This document shows positions 57,528-64,000 of a stretch of 64,000 bases of DNA, piece after piece. Source of the DNA: an uncultured Chloroflexia bacterium (GTDB taxonomy: Bacteria; Chloroflexota; Limnocylindria; Limnocylindrales; CSP1-4); NCBI GenBank assembly GCA_963791725.1, contig CAWBTQ010000003.1, positions 10,516 through 74,515 on the forward strand, given 5' to 3'. Positions within the stretch are counted from its first letter, which is position 1, and every line of letters starts with the position of its first letter. The notes beneath the pieces are model-generated. The model was not told where the DNA came from. It made no database searches and was given only the letters and a program-made list of their open reading frames with translations. A program made the position numbers and the translations under genes.

Positions 57528-58649
57528 ATGACGGCCAACGAACCGCCCGAAAGAGATCCGGCGGGCGCCCCCTCACCCGCGCCGGTGCGCTCGGTCGCCT
57601 CGGGCGATGTGGCGATCGGGCGACGCGCGCTCGTGGTCGGGGCCGGGGCGGTGGGTTCGTACCTCGGAGCCCTCCTCGGCTCCGTCGGCCACGACGTCAC
57701 GCTGGTCCGGATCTTCGAGGCCGACTCCGAGCGGCCGCTGGTACTCGTCCGTCCCGACGGATCGCGCACGACCGTCCCGGTCCACCGCCGCGCCCGAACC
57801 GAGGATGCGGCCGCCCCCGACCTGATCGTCGTCGCAGTGAAGATGCCCGCCCTCCGAGAGGCCCTGGCTCCGACGCTGCTCTGGCCGTCGGTTCCAACCC
57901 TGACCGTGGAGAACGGCATCGGCGCGGAGGGAATTGCGGCCGAGGCACGGCCCGAGGCGCCGATGCTCGCCGCCTCGCTGACGGCCTCGATACAGCTCGC
58001 CTCGGAAGACGAGGTTCGATGGCTCGGCAGAGGCGGGCTGGCACTGGCGGCCGTCGACGGCCGCGCCGGACCCGTGGTCCGGCACCTGCTCGTTGACCTG
58101 GGCCGCGCCGGCCTGCGCGTCGCCGAGCGCCCGGCCGCGGCGCCGATGAAGTGGTCGAAGTTGCTGGCCAACCTGATGGCGAACGCGACGGGCGCCATCC
58201 TGGACATGGATGCGGACGACATCTATCGCGATCCACGGCTCTTCGACCTCGAGCGACGTCAAGAGCTCGAGGCCCTGGCCGTGATGCGGCATGGGAATCT
58301 GGCGCCCGTGGCGCTGCCTGGCGCGCCGATCCCGTGGCTCGTCCGCTGCTTCCGGCTGCCCCCGGCGCTCGGCAGGCCGATCCTGGCCCGCGTCGTCGGC
58401 GGAGCCCGGTCGGGAAAGGCGCCGTCGCTCCGGATGCAGGTGAGCGCCGCCCCGCCGGACGCCCCGTGCGTCGAGCCAACCGAGGTGGCCTGGATGAACG
58501 GGGCAGTGGCCCGCCTCGGAGCCCGGGTCGGGGTGGCGACGCCGGTCAACGCGCGCCTGGCGGCGCTGGTCGATGAGGTCGCCACGAACCCGAGCCGGCG
58601 GGCATGGTTGCGCGGCCATCCGGAGCGGTTCCTGGCGGAGATGGCGTAA
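57528..58649 (+). CDS. panE: 2-dehydropantoate 2-reductase (ketopantoate reductase, ApbA/PanE family)
   Basis: Rossmann VVGAGAVGSYLGALL. Family motif KWSKLLANLMANATGAI. C-terminal ApbA_C domain. Confidence 0.75.
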   Translation: MTANEPPERDPAGAPSPAPVRSVASGDVAIGRRALVVGAGAVGSYLGALLGSVGHDVTLVRIFEADSERPLVLVRPDGSRTTVPVHRRARTEDAAAPDLIVVAVKMPALREALAPTLLWPSVPTLTVENGIGAEGIAAEARPEAPMLAASLTASIQLASEDEVRWLGRGGLALAAVDGRAGPVVRHLLVDLGRAGLRVAERPAAAPMKWSKLLANLMANATGAILDMDADDIYRDPRLFDLERRQELEALAVMRHGNLAPVALPGAPIPWLVRCFRLPPALGRPILARVVGGARSGKAPSLRMQVSAAPPDAPCVEPTEVAWMNGAVARLGARVGVATPVNARLAALVDEVATNPSRRAWLRGHPERFLAEMA

Positions 58650-58839
58650 GCGCGGGCAGAAGGCTCCTCCCCGGCGGCCGATGACCCGGCGGTGCGTCAG
58701 TGAGGCGGCGCGGCGGGGCGGGTTGGGGCGTCGGGCCCGGCGCGTCAACGGGGCGGCGGCGCGGCGGAACAAGGCGACCCGCGTCGCCATGATCGAGGGC
58801 CCCTCTGCGTCCTGATTCGCCGCCCTATACTTCCCCGCG

Positions 58840-59505
58840 ATGCAAGACGTTGACCTCGTCCGGGTCGTCGTGGCCGCCGTCGCCGGCTACCTCCTGGGCG
58901 GCATTCCCTTCGGGATCATCATCACCAGGCTCATCGGCGGACCCGACCCACGAACCCTCGGCAGCGGCCGTACGGGCGGGGCCAATGTGTCGCGCGCCGT
59001 CGGTTTCCGCTGGGCGGCGGTGTCGGGCCTGCTCGACGTCGCCAAGGGCTCAGCCGCCGTTCTGCTGATCGTGGCCATCGGCGGCGGTCCCGTTCCACAG
59101 GTCGTCGCCGCCCTGGCGGCTATCGTCGGGCACAGCCGCTCACCGTTCATCGGGTTTCACGGAGGCCGCGGCGTTGCCCCCGCCACAGGCGGGGCGATCA
59201 TCCTCGCTCCGGTGATCCTCCTGGCCATCTTCCCGGTCTTCGCCATCACGATACTGATTACCCGCATCTCGTCCCTCGGATCGCTCGGCGCCAGCCTGAT
59301 CGGCGGGATTGCGATGGCCGTCGTCACGGCGGTTACGCCGCTCGCGCCGATCTACTACGTCTACGCGATCGGCGTGCCAGGCTTGATCTGGCTCTTCCAC
59401 GCCGACAACATCGGTCGCCTGCTCCGCGGGGAGGAGCGGCGGGTGGGCCCCCGGCAGCGCGCCTCGGAAACCGGCGAACCACCGGATGAGGCGCGGCCGC
59501 GCTAG
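58840..59505 (+). CDS. plsY: glycerol-3-phosphate acyltransferase PlsY
   Basis: LGGIPFGIII, GSGRTGGANVSRA (GSGNxGATN-type motif), HSRSPFIGFHGGRGVA. 5 TM. Confidence 0.85.
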   Translation: MQDVDLVRVVVAAVAGYLLGGIPFGIIITRLIGGPDPRTLGSGRTGGANVSRAVGFRWAAVSGLLDVAKGSAAVLLIVAIGGGPVPQVVAALAAIVGHSRSPFIGFHGGRGVAPATGGAIILAPVILLAIFPVFAITILITRISSLGSLGASLIGGIAMAVVTAVTPLAPIYYVYAIGVPGLIWLFHADNIGRLLRGEERRVGPRQRASETGEPPDEARPR

Positions 59506-59697
59506 GTGTTACCGGGCTCCACGGGCGGGCTCGAATGAGACCGGCGTTGAGATTCCAGACGGCCCTTGCCCGGGCGCGTGTCCCTCCGTATCGTTGCATC
59601 CGGCGGTCAATTCACAGCGCCCATATCGCTTCCGGCGTATCGTCATCAGGACTGAACTACCGAGATCTCCCGTAGGAGATCCCACAGGTACCCAGGA

Positions 59698-60216
59698 TTG
59701 GACTGGGAAGCCATGGGAACGGAAATCGAATTCGTCGGATTCGCCGACGACTGCCGGGTCGAGGGGAAGGTCGACCTGGAGGATGCCAGGCTGGCCGACC
59801 TGCTCAATTCGAGCCCCAGCATCGTCGTGCGCGACGTGACTGTGGTCAGCACGCAGGACGGACACACGCAGGAGCTCGACCGGCTGGAGATCCAACGCGA
59901 CGAGCTGGATATCGTCGTCGCCAGCGGCCCCCGCGGAGACCCCAAGCGGCGCCTCGCCACTAAACCCAACGGCGTGACCATGAGGCTCGGCCCCTACTCC
60001 GCCGAGGGATTCATGCATGCACCGCCGACGGCGAACCCCGTGAGCGGGTTCGGCCGCGGTCCGGCGATGGTCGCCATCACCGACGCCGTGCTCGAGTACG
60101 TGTACTGCGAGGAGCCCCATAGCGAGTGGTTCCGGACGCTGCTCGTCAATCGCGAGCTGGCGGATTCGCTCAGCATGGTGGCGAGGCCGGGCAGCATGCA
60201 GCCAGGCACCGCCTGA
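59698..60216 (+). CDS. hypothetical protein
   Basis: 172 aa. A 7-bp dyad GATCTCCcgtaGGAGATC lies 25 nt upstream (59657-59675). Confidence 0.5.
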   Translation: MDWEAMGTEIEFVGFADDCRVEGKVDLEDARLADLLNSSPSIVVRDVTVVSTQDGHTQELDRLEIQRDELDIVVASGPRGDPKRRLATKPNGVTMRLGPYSAEGFMHAPPTANPVSGFGRGPAMVAITDAVLEYVYCEEPHSEWFRTLLVNRELADSLSMVARPGSMQPGTA

Positions 60217-60393
60217 TCACCGTCTCGGACTGAGGCATTCCCGGGGCGTGACTGGCTGGCCCCCTCCTCCGTGGGTTCACTCCGATGCCCCCCATCGCCT
60301 ATCGTATCTGGGCCAAAACGAGATCGGGCCGCCGACCGCCGAACCTGGCATGATTGGCGCCACAGGGGCTCACAGGGAGATTTCGCTCTGTCC

Positions 60394-62412
60394 ATGGATC
60401 GCGCGACAGCCGGTAGCCCGGCTCGAGCAATAGCCGGCCTGGCCGCGCTGCAGGATCTGAGCGTCTTGCTCGAAGGAATCGAAGATCCACGATCCCAGCG
60501 CCCTGTCTGCCGCCAGGTCCTGGAGGCCCGTCGCAAACTCCTCGGACCGGATCACCCGACCACGATCGAGGTCGAGGCCCGCCTCGCGGCCATCGCCCTC
60601 GAGCTGGAGGAATTCCTGGTCGCCCGCGACGCCTACACCGTCCTTTTGGAGCGGAGCGAACGAGTCTTCGGGCCGCGCAACCTCGACACGCTCTCCGCGG
60701 CCCACGGGCTGGCCGTCGCCCTCTCATACATGGAAGAGCCGCAGACGGCGCGGCCCTTATACGAGCGCGTGTACAACGGGCGCCGGAGTGTCCTCGGGGC
60801 CGACGATCCGGCCACCCTCAGCGTCATGCACAACCTTGGCCTGACCCACCGCGCCCTCGGCGACAACGCCGCCGCGCGAGCCACGCTCGAGCAGCTGCTC
60901 GACATTCAGCGCCGCGTATACGGTCCCGAGAACATCCTGACGCTGCGTACGATGACCAACCTCGGGGGCGTATTGATCGCCATGGAGGAGTACCCGCGCG
61001 CCTGTGAGGTCCTGGCCGAGCGCGTCGACCGCAGCCGCCGGATCCTCGGGCCAACCCACGCGGAAACCCTGGACGCGATGCTCTCCCTTGCCCGGGCCCT
61101 GTGCGGGACGGGCGACAACGCGTCGGGGCGCTCCCTGTCCGAACAGGCGCTGGCGGCGACGATTGCGACGTTCGGCCCGGATGCCCCCGAGACGATTGCC
61201 GCGATGACCCAGCACAGCCGGCTGGTGCTCAAGCTGGGCGACGCCAAGGCCGCGGCCACCGCCTACCGGACCCTCTTCGACAAGCTGACCAGGCTAAATG
61301 GGCCAGAGGACGTGGCCACTCTGGACGCCATGGCCGGGCTGGCCGATGCCGTGGGCAGGGGCGGCGACCACAAGCGCGCCCATGACCTGGACATCCAGTT
61401 GCTCGACCGCCGCGAGAAGATCCTCGGACCCGACCATCCGGCGACGTTGTGGTCGATCGGCGACCTCGCCTGGAACCTAGAGCAGCTGGGAGACCTGAGT
61501 GGGGCCGCCGCCAGGTTCGGCGAGCTCCTCGAGGCGCGGACCAGGACGATCGGCCCCGATGAGCCGGACACGGTCTGGACTATCCAGGGCCTGGTCAGGG
61601 TGCTCTCCAAGCTCGAGGCCCACACCGACGCCCGCCGCGCCTATGCCCGACTCTACGAGACGCAGGATCGGCGCCTCGGGGCGGAATCCGATGAAACTCT
61701 GGCCGCGCTGCGTGGTCTGGCCTGGGAGCTCGCCAAGGTCGGCGAGTTCGACGCGGCACGGCGCGCCTGGGCGCAGCTCGTGGAGACCCACGAACAACTC
61801 CACGGCCCAAAGGACGAGCGCACGCTCGATTGCCTGGTCTGGCTGGCCGAGGCGCTCGAGGAACACGGGGACCTGGAGGGGGCGCGCATCATCTCGGAGC
61901 GGCTGGCCGGGCCGCTCGGACGGCAATACGCCGCCAGCGCCGACGCAGCCGGGCCGGACGATCCGCTCACCCTCACCCTGGGCCACGGTCTGGGCCTCAC
62001 TCTCGAACGGCTCGGCCAGCTGGAGGCCGCCCGCGTCGCCTACCAGGCGACCCTGGAGGGATATCTCCGTGTCCAGGGCAAGCGCGGCCGGGCGGTGGCC
62101 GAGCTCCGCGGCCGGCTCGCCGACGTGGCCCTGATGCTCGGGGACGCCGCGGCCGCACACGCCACGTACGGCGAGGCCCTCGCGATCATGCGCAAACACC
62201 CCGGCCCCGAGGATCCCGACACACTCGACCTGGTCAGCCGCGACGCCGCGGCCCTGATGAAGCTGGGCAAGAAGATCGCGGCCCGCAACCAGGCCCGGAC
62301 CGTAGTCGACGGATACCGGCGCACCCTGGGCGAGGAGAACCTGCTCACCCTGCGCGCCCAGGCCCGCCTCGAGGCGATGTTGCCCGGCCGGCGACGGCGG
62401 CCGACGTTCTGA
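60394..62412 (+). CDS. tetratricopeptide-repeat (TPR_10/TPR_12) protein
   Basis: About 14 consecutive 42-aa repeats of the form LGPDHPTTIEVEARLA...A. I prefer the start MDRATAGS (60394) over the upstream GTG at 60271. Confidence 0.7.
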   Translation: MDRATAGSPARAIAGLAALQDLSVLLEGIEDPRSQRPVCRQVLEARRKLLGPDHPTTIEVEARLAAIALELEEFLVARDAYTVLLERSERVFGPRNLDTLSAAHGLAVALSYMEEPQTARPLYERVYNGRRSVLGADDPATLSVMHNLGLTHRALGDNAAARATLEQLLDIQRRVYGPENILTLRTMTNLGGVLIAMEEYPRACEVLAERVDRSRRILGPTHAETLDAMLSLARALCGTGDNASGRSLSEQALAATIATFGPDAPETIAAMTQHSRLVLKLGDAKAAATAYRTLFDKLTRLNGPEDVATLDAMAGLADAVGRGGDHKRAHDLDIQLLDRREKILGPDHPATLWSIGDLAWNLEQLGDLSGAAARFGELLEARTRTIGPDEPDTVWTIQGLVRVLSKLEAHTDARRAYARLYETQDRRLGAESDETLAALRGLAWELAKVGEFDAARRAWAQLVETHEQLHGPKDERTLDCLVWLAEALEEHGDLEGARIISERLAGPLGRQYAASADAAGPDDPLTLTLGHGLGLTLERLGQLEAARVAYQATLEGYLRVQGKRGRAVAELRGRLADVALMLGDAAAAHATYGEALAIMRKHPGPEDPDTLDLVSRDAAALMKLGKKIAARNQARTVVDGYRRTLGEENLLTLRAQARLEAMLPGRRRRPTF

Positions 62413-62622
62413 TCGGCTCCGCGGCCGCCGATGGCCCGCCGCGACATTGAGCCCTCGGCCGGTATTGCGGGACGTGCCGCCCGGCGGACCGGAGGAGGCT
62501 CCACGCACCGGCGCACTTGCGCAATGGAGGGGAGGGCCCTTACACTTCGCGGCCAATGAAGACCCACGCCTTCAGCCGCCAGGAGAACTCGCGCACGGCC
62601 ACAAGCCTGCGCTGTTCGATGA

Positions 62623-64000
<1,378 letters not shown>

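Overview
This is a 64-kb window of a roughly 70 % GC bacterial chromosome. The gene content includes an F420-type LLM oxidoreductase, a Ppm1-like polyprenol-P-mannose synthase, GT39/PMT-type GT-C transferases, an ECF41-like sigma factor with a CMD neighbour, a leaderless MerR-type promoter, and SHOCT/RDD/DUF5666-like proteins. That mix fits an actinobacterium-like (possibly Chloroflexi-like) host, but the lineage cannot be fixed from sequence alone. I can support about 60 protein-coding genes. I could not recognise any rRNA, tRNA, CRISPR array, transposase or integrase by eye.

Layout from left to right:
- A LAL/LuxR regulator followed by three exported proteins.
- A leftward marR-clc-ABC operon carrying three 1-nt frameshifts.
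- An ECF sigma factor with a SnoaL-like tail, a CMD-family gene, a separate SnoaL-like gene and a TelA gene.
- A compact arsenic locus: MerR-ArsC fusion, ArsR, an unannotated 55-aa Cys-rich ORF, ArsM, and an ArsN-like GNAT fused to a LigB-type extradiol dioxygenase. No ArsB/Acr3 efflux pump is present in the window. A ZIP transporter follows.
- A two-component system.
- A large cell-envelope glycosylation locus, which I rate the most interesting part. It holds two GtrA/GT-C pairs, a Ppm synthase, a single 1185-aa GtrA-HprK-like kinase-GT39 fusion, two secreted metallophosphoesterases, a membrane-anchored PLC/AcpA-family phosphoesterase and two GH99-like putative endo-mannosidases.
- A MarR regulator with a heterodimeric ABC exporter.
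- Intergenic 25-bp tandem repeats flanking an LLM oxidoreductase.
- A second M24 peptidase broken by two frameshifts.
- A housekeeping tail: panE, plsY, a TPR protein and metY.

All five frameshifts seen have the same polarity, one extra base relative to the intact frame. That pattern points to indel sequencing errors as much as to true pseudogenes.
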